From contig CAZGTC010000005.1 of the NCBI GenBank assembly GCA_964528395.1, positions 80,840 to 144,839 on the forward strand: a stretch of 64,000 nucleotides of DNA, given 5' to 3'. A program made the translations under genes and the position numbers. The stretch is from an uncultured bacterium. Its GTDB lineage: Bacteria; Margulisbacteria; WOR-1; CAZGTC01. Below, in pieces: positions 1 to 10,200 of this stretch. Under the pieces are notes generated by a model. That model was not told the DNA's origin and made no database searches. It saw only the letters and a list, made by a program, of their open reading frames with translations. How positions within the stretch are numbered: the stretch's first letter is position 1; each line of letters starts with the position of its first letter.

Positions 1-969
1 ATTGCCGCCCATGTACATGCCGAAAACATGGTTGCCTAGCCCTTCTTTTTCTATGGTTTTGATGAATTTTTTCTGTCCTTTTTTCTCGTTGCGGCGCGAA
101 AACTCAAAAACCGTGATATCAAAAAAGGCCTTGAGATCTTCTTCAAACTTGACGGGATCAAAATTTTCCTTTTTCACCAGCCGATGGATGGGCAGGAGCA
201 AAAGGTTCTTGTCTTCCAGCGGGCTAAAGTACATCATAATATAATTGTAGGGCTCGTCTTCTGCGATGCGCTGGTTTTTTTCCTGCATTTCATCCCGATA
301 GCGCAGCGATGCTTCATAACGATGGTGGCCGTCAGCAATAAATACCCAGCGGTCTTTCATGTCCTGCATAATTTTCTTGATTGCCGGCTTTTTGTCGATT
401 TTCCAAATACGATGGGTGTAGCGGTCTAGGTCTTTTACCTGCAAAAATGGCTTGCAGCGGGTAAATTTTTTCAAGAACTTGATAATCCGGCCTTTTTCAT
501 CAGAGAAGAGGCCGAAAATGCTCTCTAAATTAGCTTTGCATTTTTTCAATATTTCCAAGCGGTCTTGCTTGGGGCGGGAGAGGGTTTCTTCGTGGGGAAA
601 AACCTTGCTCTTGGCCAAATGTTCTAACCGAAGCAGGGCAACAAACCCGAGCCGCTTGAGTTTTTTCCCCTTAAAAGTAAATTCTTCTTCATAAATATAA
701 ATGCAGGGTTTTTCTTCTTTGACCAGGATATTGTGGCGCAGAAGCCCTTCAAAATATTGGGAAGCCCGGATATAGCGATTGTTAAATTCCGTGTCTTCTG
801 CGAATTCTTTTCCCAAAATCAAGCGGATAATATTGTAATCGCTTTGCTTGTAAAGGGATTCCTGCATTTCGGGGCTGATGACATCATACGGAGGGGCAAT
901 TACCTTTTCCAGCCGCTGGATCTTGTCTTCGTTATAATGTATTCCTCGGAAGGGGAATATTTTTACCAT
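1..969 (-). CDS. DUF1015 family protein (3' end runs off the window)
   Basis: Not in the ORF track; read by eye from ATG at 969: MVKIFPFRGIHYN...IAPPYDVISP...FIADGHHRYEA, characteristic DUF1015 motifs. Confidence 0.85.
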   Translation of the reverse strand, partial: MVKIFPFRGIHYNEDKIQRLEKVIAPPYDVISPEMQESLYKQSDYNIIRLILGKEFAEDTEFNNRYIRASQYFEGLLRHNILVKEEKPCIYIYEEEFTFKGKKLKRLGFVALLRLEHLAKSKVFPHEETLSRPKQDRLEILKKCKANLESIFGLFSDEKGRIIKFLKKFTRCKPFLQVKDLDRYTHRIWKIDKKPAIKKIMQDMKDRWVFIADGHHRYEASLRYRDEMQEKNQRIAEDEPYNYIMMYFSPLEDKNLLLLPIHRLVKKENFDPVKFEEDLKAFFDITVFEFSRRNEKKGQKKFIKTIEKEGLGNHVFGMYMGGN

Positions 970-1039
970 AAAAATCTTGGATATTATATCACACATGGGA
1001 AATAAACTGTGATAAAATGTTGGCCTAAGGCGGTATTTT

Positions 1040-1282
1040 ATGCATCCCCAAAATGATAAGATGAATAAAGAAATAGCGGATTTTTTGCAGGTTTACCAGG
1101 CGCTTAGCCCGCAGGCCAAAGGCGAATTTGAGGCTCAAATAACGGCTTTTTTAAAGGATCAGGACGAGAAGACCAAAAGCTTATACCAAGCGCTTTTGCA
1201 AGCAGCCAAAGACGGAGTAAGCCCTAAACAAGCAGTTGAAGATATGACCCAAGCCCATAAAAAGGATTTTCCTAAAAATTAA
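1040..1282 (+). CDS. small hypothetical helical protein
   Basis: 80 aa ORF filling the gap between DUF1015 and ferredoxin; TGATAAAAT extended -10 upstream; no recognised motif. Confidence 0.6.
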   Translation: MHPQNDKMNKEIADFLQVYQALSPQAKGEFEAQITAFLKDQDEKTKSLYQALLQAAKDGVSPKQAVEDMTQAHKKDFPKN

Positions 1283-1297
1283 ATAGGAGGGAAACTT

Positions 1298-1474
1298 ATG
1301 GTAAAAATTGATCGCGAATTGTGTACTGGCTGCGGGGTTTGCTACAGCATGCGGCCGGATGTTTTTGGGCAGGAAGAAGATGGGAAAGCTATGGTAACCC
1401 GATCTTCAGCGAATGATGAAGAACTCCTGGAAACTATTGATGCTTGTCCAGTTGGAGCAATTGAGCAAGAATAA
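1298..1474 (+). CDS. single-cluster ferredoxin
   Basis: Below ORF-track cutoff: MVKIDRELCTGCGVCYSMRPDVF...DACPVGAIEQE (58 aa); CxxCxxC...CP; strong RBS AGGAGG at 1285-1290. Confidence 0.9.
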   Translation: MVKIDRELCTGCGVCYSMRPDVFGQEEDGKAMVTRSSANDEELLETIDACPVGAIEQE

Positions 1475-1475
1475 G

Positions 1476-2333
1476 TTACTTTGAAATTTCTTCAATTAAC
1501 CGTTCTAAATCTTCTTTAGAGAAATAATCGATCTCTATTTTTCCGCGCGTAGTTTGGCCGAAAATCCTAACTTTGGTGGCCAAGCGGGTGGTTAATTGTT
1601 CTTCTATGTTTTTTAGCTCCAAATTGCGGGTAAATTTTTTGCGTACAGTTTGTTTTTGCGGCTTGTTTGGCGACGCAAATCCAGCTACAGTTTCAACATC
1701 CCTTACGCTCATTTTGGTTTCCACGATTTTATTCCAAAGCTCGAGCTGTTTTTCCTTAGTATCAAGGGCTAGGAGGGCGCGGGCGTGGCCAGCTGAAATT
1801 TTATTGCTGCGCAGGCTTTCTTTGATCTCATCCGGCAAAGTTAAAAGGCGCAAGGTGTTGGTAATGGAGGAGCGGCTTTTTCCCACGCGCTTGGCGATCT
1901 CTTCCTGCGGGATATCAAATTCTGAAGACAGTTTTTGGTAAGCTTCGGCAGCTTCCATGGGATTGAGGTCTTCCCTCTGTAAATTTTCGATCAGCGCGAT
2001 TTCCAAAGATTGCTGGTCAGAAAAATCTTTTACAATCGCAGGAATAACATTTAAGCCAGCAATCTTTGCAGCGCGGAAACGGCGCTCCCCAGCAATAAGT
2101 TCATAAGTTCCCTGCTTCATCCTGACCAGAACCGGCTGGATAATGCCTTGTTCTTTGATGGAGTTGGCCAGTTCTTGGATGGCTTTGTCCGAAAAGTGCA
2201 AACGCGGCTGGCGCGGGTTGGGAATAATCTTATTAATATCAATATTAATAATTGTCCTTCCCCCCATAAAAACCGACCCTTCTGGAATCAATGCATTCAA
2301 CCCTTTGCCTAAACCTCGTTTAATGTTTGACAT
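1476..2333 (-). CDS. parB: ParB/Spo0J chromosome partitioning protein
   Basis: RGLGKGLNALI N-terminus, PNPRQPR, IAGERRFRAA, ENLQREDLNP, HTH. Confidence 0.97.
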   Translation of the reverse strand: MSNIKRGLGKGLNALIPEGSVFMGGRTIINIDINKIIPNPRQPRLHFSDKAIQELANSIKEQGIIQPVLVRMKQGTYELIAGERRFRAAKIAGLNVIPAIVKDFSDQQSLEIALIENLQREDLNPMEAAEAYQKLSSEFDIPQEEIAKRVGKSRSSITNTLRLLTLPDEIKESLRSNKISAGHARALLALDTKEKQLELWNKIVETKMSVRDVETVAGFASPNKPQKQTVRKKFTRNLELKNIEEQLTTRLATKVRIFGQTTRGKIEIDYFSKEDLERLIEEISK

Positions 2334-3100
2334 TCAAACACCTCCTCGGAAATCATTTCTTGCGTTAACTGTTCGTAAGCTTTGGCGCCGGTAGAGCCAG
2401 GATCATAAAAAAGGATCGGCTGCCCGAAACTCGGGGCTTCGGCTAAGCGAACATTTCTTGGGATAATAGTTTTAAAGACCTTAGTGCCGAAGTGTTTTTT
2501 GGTTTCTTCGACCACTTGTTCGGCCAAAACTGTCCGTTTATTATACATGGTCATAACAATTCCGCAAATCTTTAAGTTGGGATTCAAACTGTTCTTAACC
2601 ATGTCCAAAGTTTTGGTTAATTGGCTGATGCCTTCAAGCGCATAATACTCGCATTGTATAGGGATAATTACTTCATGGGCGGCGGTCAAGGCATTCACGG
2701 TTAAAAGGCTAAGGGAAGGCGGGCAGTCAATCAAAATATATTCATATTTATCGCGGATGCATTCCAAGGCTTCTTTTAATTTATATTCTCTTTGATTTTT
2801 ATCCACCAACTCAACATCGGCTCCAGCAAGCTTTGGGGTGGCGGGGATGATGTCTAAGCCGTTTATGGAAGAGGGAATAATCGCGTCTTGGGCAGACATT
2901 TCTCCGATGATTACATCATATAAGCATCTTTCTACGCGCATCCTTTCTACCCCTAGGCCGGACGAAGCATTGCCCTGGGAATCAAGGTCAACGACCAGGA
3001 CTTTTTTTCCGAAATTAGCGAGAAAAGCGGCAAGGTTAACGCAAGTGGTGGTTTTTCCAACCCCGCCTTTTTGATTGACAACTGCGTAGATGGTGGACAT
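2309..3100 (-). CDS. parA: ParA/Soj ATPase
   Basis: NQKGGVGKTTT deviant Walker A, DLDSQGNAS, IDCPPSL, IPRNVRLAEAPSFG. Confidence 0.97.
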   Translation of the reverse strand: MSTIYAVVNQKGGVGKTTTCVNLAAFLANFGKKVLVVDLDSQGNASSGLGVERMRVERCLYDVIIGEMSAQDAIIPSSINGLDIIPATPKLAGADVELVDKNQREYKLKEALECIRDKYEYILIDCPPSLSLLTVNALTAAHEVIIPIQCEYYALEGISQLTKTLDMVKNSLNPNLKICGIVMTMYNKRTVLAEQVVEETKKHFGTKVFKTIIPRNVRLAEAPSFGQPILFYDPGSTGAKAYEQLTQEMISEEVFECQTLNEV

Positions 3101-3181
3101 GAATTTAGTATAGCAGAAAAGGCAAGAAAAAATCCTAATGTCCGAAAGCCCGAAATATTAAGAAGATATTTTATCGAAAGT

Positions 3182-3208
3182 GAAATTTTTGAATAGGGCG
3201 GACGATAA
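3182..3208 (+). promoter_or_regulatory. putative sigma28-like promoter GAAATTTT-N11-GACGATAA
   Basis: Same spacing as the FliA consensus TAAAGTTT-N11-GCCGATAA; recurs upstream of other orphan genes (35602, 51532, weaker at 20882). Confidence 0.6.
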
Positions 3209-3240
3209 TAAAAAAGATTCCTATTAGGAGGGACAACATA

Positions 3241-5241
3241 ATGAAAAATCAATGTGTAAAGAGAAAGCCTCTGCCAGTTGCCAACAATATAAATAATGTA
3301 GCTGGAATTGAGAGAGCAATAATTTTCTTAAAGAATACAGCTTTTGCTTTCCCTAGTCAGCCTACGATTGTCAAGGTAATGCCTAGTTCTTTAGTTTTAC
3401 ATGAACAATACTTTACGGACTCCAAACTATGTGGAATTTTGCGTGATATGGGGGTTGTTGGTTTCAGAATAATAAAAAGGCATGGAGAACAGAAGGTTTT
3501 AGAAGAACTTCAAAAATTATTTGAGTATGTTTTTGATACAGATGAAAATGCAGTTGCTGCTCTAATGAAGGCGTCTATTGTTTTGGAGAAATTGCCGCAG
3601 ACCGAGGAAGCTAAAAACCCTCAGTTGAATTTAATAGATGATTTACTTACTGTTGATCGTACATCTTTAGATCCAGAGACATGTGGGATATTAGGGAATA
3701 TAGATCAATTATTGTGGGATCTTAATGGTAATAGGCGAGCCATAATAGAAGCAATTCAGACGATAAAAATAAAAGGCAAACCAATCCCTTTTTTTGTTGC
3801 AGAAGGACTTTTTGGTCGCGGCCTTATTATTGAGAGAATTATTAAAATGATCGATTTTTGTCGTTGGCAAGGTGGTAGGTTTTCAATTTCGAATGCTTCG
3901 CAAATGGCATTAACCAAGAATCCCGAAGGAGCTTTTAAAAAAGCTATTGAAATAGTAGAGATGCAAGGTAGTAGTAAAAATAAAATATTTAGTGCGGCTC
4001 AAGCAACAGAAATAGCAACCTCAAAAAATCCCCCAGCCACTTTAACCTTTGTTTTGAGCATTATGGAATTAACAGATGAGAGAAAAGAGTTTATTTTTAA
4101 TGCAGCGCAGGCCGTGCAAATAGCTATTTCTCAAAATCCAGAAGGGGCAAAACAGGACGCATTGGATGCGTATAATTGGATTGATAGCTTAGGTTGCCGA
4201 TGTTTTAATGCTTCCCAAGCTACTCGGCTGGCAACGGCAAGGGATTTTACTGCTTCAGTGGTAATTGCAGTTGATATTTTAGAGTTAAGAGGGGAAGATA
4301 AAAAAAGGTTGTTTAGCCCTAGTCAAGCAATAACAATTGCAACATCAAGTAATCCGGGAGAATCAAAAGAAATAGCTTTGGGTCTTATGCGGAAAAATGT
4401 CCAAGGGGAGAGAGTGTTTGATGCAGCCCAAGCAACAAAAATAGCAACCTCAAGAAAGCCCAGGGAATTAAGTGGGGCTATCAGCGTTATAATGCAGTTA
4501 GAAGACGAAGGTAAAAATCTTTTGTTTAATTCTGCCCAAGCGGTACAAATTGCGACAGCAAAAAATCCCAGCCACGCCCTGAATTTAGTACTAAGCTTGC
4601 TCGGGAAAAAAATTGGAGAGGAAAGAATGTTTACTCCTGCCCAAGCAATAAAAATAGCTAATTCTAAAGATCCTGAAAAAGCTGAAAAAATCCATTTAGA
4701 CATAATAAAATTGCGTGACAAAGCAGGAAACAAAATTTTTACCAGTTCGCAAGCAGCAGATATAGCATCATCTTCGAACCCAGATGTTTCACTAGAAATA
4801 GCTTTAAGAATATTGCGGATAGTAGATGTAAAAGGAAATTGTGTTTTTAATGCAGCGCAAGCAATATCAATAGTCACAGCTAAAAACCCCGAAGAAGCCT
4901 TAAGGCTTTCACAAGAGCTTCTGACTGAAGAAAAACTAGCACAACTGTCTCTTACTGTTGTGCAAGCTGTAGATATTGCAACTTCAAATAATTCACGAGT
5001 AGCTCTCTCCAGGACATTAAAAATAATTAACCTTAAAGGAGATGGAGGCGAAAAGATATTTAGCGTAAAGCAGGCAATTGCTATTGCAACTTCATCTAAT
5101 CCAAGCTTGGTAGAGGGGGCGGTACTTGCGCTTGTAAAGTTTTATGATCCAGGAGAAGCGTTAAGCATAGCATTATCACCTAAGATGGAAGAAGTTCTTA
5201 TCTCCCATGGGATTAAATTAGGAGAGAGTGAAGAAGAGTAA
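3241..5241 (+). CDS. orphan protein with about 12 tandem 35-36 aa TALE-like helical repeats
   Basis: 666 aa; repeats F[SNT]xxQAxxIA[TS][SA]xNPxxA... from about nt 3880 to 5190; RBS AGGAGG. Confidence 0.85.
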   Translation: MKNQCVKRKPLPVANNINNVAGIERAIIFLKNTAFAFPSQPTIVKVMPSSLVLHEQYFTDSKLCGILRDMGVVGFRIIKRHGEQKVLEELQKLFEYVFDTDENAVAALMKASIVLEKLPQTEEAKNPQLNLIDDLLTVDRTSLDPETCGILGNIDQLLWDLNGNRRAIIEAIQTIKIKGKPIPFFVAEGLFGRGLIIERIIKMIDFCRWQGGRFSISNASQMALTKNPEGAFKKAIEIVEMQGSSKNKIFSAAQATEIATSKNPPATLTFVLSIMELTDERKEFIFNAAQAVQIAISQNPEGAKQDALDAYNWIDSLGCRCFNASQATRLATARDFTASVVIAVDILELRGEDKKRLFSPSQAITIATSSNPGESKEIALGLMRKNVQGERVFDAAQATKIATSRKPRELSGAISVIMQLEDEGKNLLFNSAQAVQIATAKNPSHALNLVLSLLGKKIGEERMFTPAQAIKIANSKDPEKAEKIHLDIIKLRDKAGNKIFTSSQAADIASSSNPDVSLEIALRILRIVDVKGNCVFNAAQAISIVTAKNPEEALRLSQELLTEEKLAQLSLTVVQAVDIATSNNSRVALSRTLKIINLKGDGGEKIFSVKQAIAIATSSNPSLVEGAVLALVKFYDPGEALSIALSPKMEEVLISHGIKLGESEEE

Positions 5242-5251
5242 TTGCTTTTTA

Positions 5252-5986
5252 TTAATTCGCGCAAGATAATTTAGAGATGATCTGTTCGCGCACTTCGTTC
5301 AAGACTTTTTCTTGGTCTTCCCTCTTGTGATTTTCCGGAACTTCGGATTGGATGGCCGGAGAAATAGTTAAATTAACTGTGGTGTAATTTAAAATAAAAC
5401 CGCCTTTTTGCATAATATTGTAACTTCCATCGATAGTAATGGGCAGGATAGGGGCGTGACTAATAAAAGCCAGCATCAAACTGCCTCTCTTAAATTCCCC
5501 GACTTTCCCGTCTTTAGATCGGGTGCCTTCGGGAAAGATCAAGATATTTTCTCCTTGTTTTATCAAGTCTTTAGCCTGGTTTAGGGTTTTGATTGCGCTG
5601 CGGGCCGAATCCCGATCAATTGAAAGATAACCAGCTTTTCTTAAATACCAGCCAAAAATTGGCACCTTGAAAAGCTCTTGTTTTATGATAAAACGAAAAC
5701 TCTGGGGCAGGCCAGCCAAAAGGATCAATATATCAGCTGCGCTTTGATGGTTCGCAACAACTACTAAACCATTATTTTTTGGAAAATTTTCTAATCCATA
5801 CACCTTTAATTTGGATCCGGACATGCAAATTAGCAATTTAGCCCACATTCGAGCGGCAATCAAAAAAGGCCGGGTTTTGTCTTTTTCTTGCATTGAAATT
5901 GCAAAGGCAATTGAAGTGCCGATTACATAAGTTAGCGCAGCAATTAAGTAAACCATAAGAGAATGCGCGATTTTTATGAATTGCAT
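5252..5986 (-). CDS. plsC: 1-acyl-sn-glycerol-3-phosphate acyltransferase
   Basis: NHQSAAD (NHxxxxD) and IFPEGTRS acyltransferase motifs. Confidence 0.92.
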   Translation of the reverse strand: MQFIKIAHSLMVYLIAALTYVIGTSIAFAISMQEKDKTRPFLIAARMWAKLLICMSGSKLKVYGLENFPKNNGLVVVANHQSAADILILLAGLPQSFRFIIKQELFKVPIFGWYLRKAGYLSIDRDSARSAIKTLNQAKDLIKQGENILIFPEGTRSKDGKVGEFKRGSLMLAFISHAPILPITIDGSYNIMQKGGFILNYTTVNLTISPAIQSEVPENHKREDQEKVLNEVREQIISKLSCAN

Positions 5987-6102
5987 AATGATTTACTATA
6001 ACATAAAAATAAAAAGTCCGAAATCCGAAAGTCCGAACAAGGTAAAATTTTATATATACTATTCCTTGTTAGGAAATTAGGACATTCGGAAATTTTTTGT
6101 TT

Positions 6103-7071
6103 TTATATTATTCTCCATAGTTCTTCTTTTGTGGTTAATCCGAGCTTGATTTTTTCTTTTCCATCTTCAGCAAGAGTTTTAAAATTTTGGCTGATGGCTT
6201 CTTGAAGATTATTTTCAACCATGAACATTTCAAATATTCCGATCCGGCCTCCCTGCGGTTTTCTGGCCAAGCGCTGGGCAACCACGCCGATTAAAGTGGC
6301 ATTGATCAAAAAATTTGGGATCCCGATATCTTTTAAGCGCGTAATCGCAGAAACTGCGTCATTGGTATGCAGGGTTGAAAGCACCAGATGCCCGGTGAGT
6401 GCGGATTGGATGGCAATTTTTGCAGTTTCTTCGTCCCGGATTTCTCCAATCATAATAATATCTGGATCCTGCCGCAAAATAGAGCGCAGCCCGCGGCTAA
6501 AAGTTAAACCAGTTTTATAATTGACCTGGATTTGATTGATTCCTGGCAGTTTATATTCAATCGGGTCTTCGATGGTTGAAATATTTACCTCGCTGGAGTT
6601 CAAAATATTGAGCGAAGCATAAAGCGTGGTAGTTTTTCCAGACCCAGTTGGACCAGTAACCAGCAAGATTCCGGTTTTTCTCTGCAGCATTTTATGGTAA
6701 AGCGTTAAGTGTTCTTTTTGCATGCCGAGATTTTCCAGCGATAAGAGCGAGTGTTCTCGATTGAGAATCCTGATGACGCATTTTTCGCCATGGCATGTCG
6801 GAATTATCGATATCCTAAGGTCCATTTTTTGGTATTGGATTCTCCCGTCTTGCGGCAATCTTTTTTCCGCAATATCCAGATGGGAGATGACTTTAATCCT
6901 GGAAACAATTTGCAAATGGGCGTCTTTTGAGAGGGAATTTATCTCATTTAAAATCCCATCGGTGCGAAAACGGACCCGGCTATTTTCTTCTTGCGGCTCA
7001 ATATGGATATCTGAAGATTTGCATTTTATAGCTTGATCTAATAGTTCGTTTAAAGTATTAATTGTGTTCAT
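6103..7071 (-). CDS. GspE/PilB-family secretion/pilus assembly ATPase (short form, no N-terminal MshEN domain)
   Basis: SDIHIEP, EKRLPQDGR, GPTGSGKTTT, IEDPIEY, LRQDPDIIMIGEIRD, STLHTNDA. Start reassigned to MNTINTL (7071). Confidence 0.9.
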   Translation of the reverse strand: MNTINTLNELLDQAIKCKSSDIHIEPQEENSRVRFRTDGILNEINSLSKDAHLQIVSRIKVISHLDIAEKRLPQDGRIQYQKMDLRISIIPTCHGEKCVIRILNREHSLLSLENLGMQKEHLTLYHKMLQRKTGILLVTGPTGSGKTTTLYASLNILNSSEVNISTIEDPIEYKLPGINQIQVNYKTGLTFSRGLRSILRQDPDIIMIGEIRDEETAKIAIQSALTGHLVLSTLHTNDAVSAITRLKDIGIPNFLINATLIGVVAQRLARKPQGGRIGIFEMFMVENNLQEAISQNFKTLAEDGKEKIKLGLTTKEELWRII

Positions 7072-7225
7072 ACAGGGGTAATATGCAATTTTCAGGCCAG
7101 CAATAAATAATGGAACCCACCAGCCGCCTAAAAAAAATATTTTACCAGGTGAAATTTTTTTAAGGATTGTTAGAAGGTACCTTAAGGTTTGTAAGCGTTT
7201 TATAATAAAAGACAGTTTAGTTTTT

Positions 7226-10200
7226 ATGTATATAAATTTTTTACTTGATTGTTTTCCTTTGTTAAGTTCCCCGGTTCTTATCCGCACGGAAATTTCTGAA
7301 GAGAAAAAACAATTGTTATGGAAATTGAAGTGGGAAGCTTCTCCCGAAGAAAGAGTTCGCATTGCTGAAACTTTGGGAGAATTAAAGGATGATAATGCCG
7401 CTATTATTCAAGGCCTTGCAAATGCTTCTTTGGGAGTTAGCTGGAGAGTTAATTATAAAGCCCTGGAAGCTTTGGCGACGATTAATACTTCCAAATCAAT
7501 TTCAAAACTCCTGCAGAGAATTGGCAGCTATGTTGTTTCCGCTAATTTTGCTTCTTTGGTAGAAGTTCTAAATAATCCCAAGTCAACCCTTCCGCAAAGA
7601 TTGTCAGCGCTCATAAATTTGGGGAGAATAAGAGATCGCCGGGCGGTCAAAATTTTGTGTGATATTTTATTGAACCGTAAGGAATGCTGGCAGATGCAAG
7701 CCGTGGCAGCAGAGGCCCTGGCAGAGTTTGGTTTTGAAGCGGTTGAAGCTTTGAAAAAAGCCTTAGAAAATTGCTGCTGGCGGGCAAAACCTTATATTGT
7801 CCAGTCTTTGGGAAGAATTTTTCTGCTGCATACGCTTGCATTAAAAATTACAAAAAATCCAATTTATAAAGATGCGTTGCAAGTTAAGCAAATATGCCAA
7901 AACCACAAGGCTTTGGCCGAGGGTGTTGTAAATGTCCTTATAAAAGCGATTAGGGAAAATAACTGCGTGGTTGGAAAATATGCGGCGGGTGCGCTGGCAA
8001 TGATAAAGGATGAGCAGGGGCTGCCGATTTTATTAAAGGTTTTTAGGAGTGCAGATCTGAATTTTCGCAAGCATATAGCTATGCTGGTGCTGGATAACCT
8101 AAAACAGCATTCTTTTGTTACTGGGTTCGCTTTGTTTTCCAAGCAAATATTTGAAAATATGGAGCTGGAAGAAAAAGGTTTTTTAATTTCTATAGCCAGG
8201 GAGATCTACGGTTCTGAAAAAGGCCATTTAGCGGGTTTCTACCAAATTTATCAAGTATCTCCCCCGCCGCCACAGCCTCAAGTTTATCCTGCCAGTGCCC
8301 CCAAAAAAGCAGTTATCGTAAAAAAACAAACAAAAGAAAAATCGCCGTTGGAAATAAAAAAAGGACAGTTATTAAGATCTTTACAAGAGGGTTTAACTAA
8401 ATTAAATTTTCAGGTGGCAGCGTATGAGAAAAATCGTTCTATTCCAGTACAATTGTTCCATTCATTCAAGGCTGCAATTGCCCAATTTAAGCTGCGCTGG
8501 CTGAATAAAATTAATGCTGAAATAAATAGCGGCTTAAATTTTGCTTCTTTAACAAAAGAAATTCGCCAAAATGTTGAAGGTTTATCAAATTTATTAAAGC
8601 AACAGTACGTTAATGTTTATCAAAAAACCAAGATGTATAGTATTGAAGATAAAGAAAGCGTATGTATGCGAGTGGCCGGGTGCTATGGGCTAAAAAAAAT
8701 AAAATTCCCAACTCCAGGGCTGGAAGCAAGGTGGCAGAAGTGGTGGAAGTTATATAGAAATAGCATGTATAGGGAGATCAATAAAACTATCGCCCGATAT
8801 GATATAGATAAAAAAATCTGGTTGAATAAGGCCAAGCCCGAAGAAAAACTGGCGTTGTATTATAGTTTTCAAAAGTACCGCACTTTTCTGGAAAGAGCAA
8901 AAAAAGATCTGCCCGCAATTGTAAAAACTTTGTTTTTAGCCCTGAAATTCGATGGAAACTACGAAGTCCTAAAAGATTTACTCTTCGAAAGGATTTTTCC
9001 CAGATTAGAAATTCATCAAAAGTTATCTTATAAAAACGCAGCAGGACTATATTATATAGGTAGCAAAAAATATTTGGGTAGAAATGTGCGGCAAGGAACG
9101 ATTAAGTTAAAGCAAAAAAGTACGTGTGAAAGTTATAATTTGTTTTCAGATGTTAATGTCCATGAAATCATGCATTCTTTGCCAGATAGAGGAGTAAATT
9201 ATAAAAAGGAAGCTTACAATTTGTTTTTTGAAGGCGTGACAGAATTTTTGCATCAAGTGTTAAATCAATATTTTTATCTTCCAAAATATGTTGCTTATGC
9301 GAGTGAGGTTGTATTAGTTTACGCTGCTTCGCTTTTTGATTTTAAAGCAGTGGTTGATTATTATCGCGGGGCTAATGCCATAAAATGGATGCATTTAGCT
9401 AATAAACTGTTTTTAAATTATCCAGTTTTAAAAACCGTTTTCCTTTCTTTAGAACCCAAAATCAAATCAGAGGATTCGGCTAAAAGAAAAAAGGCAGCTA
9501 TAGCTATTATCAAGGAGCGCTTTCAAGAATTAAAACCAGAAAAGATTGTGAGCTTGATCTCGCGCCCTTATCTGCCATATGATTTGCCTTTTTGGATGGG
9601 GAATTTTTATAAGTTTCTTATTAGTGAAAAAACAATTCCGGATATAAATAAGAGAAGAAACGTAGCTTATCTTCTCTTGAAAGCGTTTGTTAGGCTGGAA
9701 AAATATTATGTTATTTCTGAAAAGTCAATTATATATTTGACGGGGTTGCTTTCTTTAAAACAAAAACAACAATTGTTTGGAGATTTTTCTAGGCAGTTGC
9801 TGTTCGATTCCGCAAATCATGATATTCGCTATTTTTATCCTATTTATGCTTTAGCTTATGATATGAAAGATCTTCGATATTATATCCGAGGATTTAATCT
9901 ATTAATAAAAGCACTTGATAAGCTCAATTTTTGCACCTCGGTTAATTTGAACATAAATCCATTTAGCGTGGTTGCCCAATTAGCGCAAAGGATATTTGAA
10001 AAAAATTCGGATTTTTCATTTTTTAGGGTTGCTTGGGAGAAAATATCCCATAAATTAGAAGAAACTCCCGGCGAATATTTAAAGGGAGGAGATTATCAAG
10101 TGCTGAAAGATTTATTAAATAATTTTAAGGATGAAGAAAAAGAGGAAAAGGCAAAAAAATTCCGTTTGTTAGTAGAAAAAAAGATTAGGGAATATTTGGA

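Noticed and set aside
1-3240. parS site or oriC near parAB
   Set aside because: No TGTTTCACGTGAAACA-like palindrome or DnaA-box cluster was seen by eye.
3256-3270. VKRKP as a nuclear localisation signal in the TALE-like protein
   Set aside because: Too short; expected by chance in a Lys-rich proteome.
7151-7177. Full sigma28-like promoter before the nine-gene cluster
   Set aside because: Only the GAAATTTT half matches; the -10 position reads TTAGAAGG, so it is not listed as a feature.
7072-7362. 97 aa N-terminal extension of the PilB/GspE ORF overlapping the 7226 gene
   Set aside because: Non-homologous-looking and overlaps a long opposite-strand CDS; the start at 7071 fits better.
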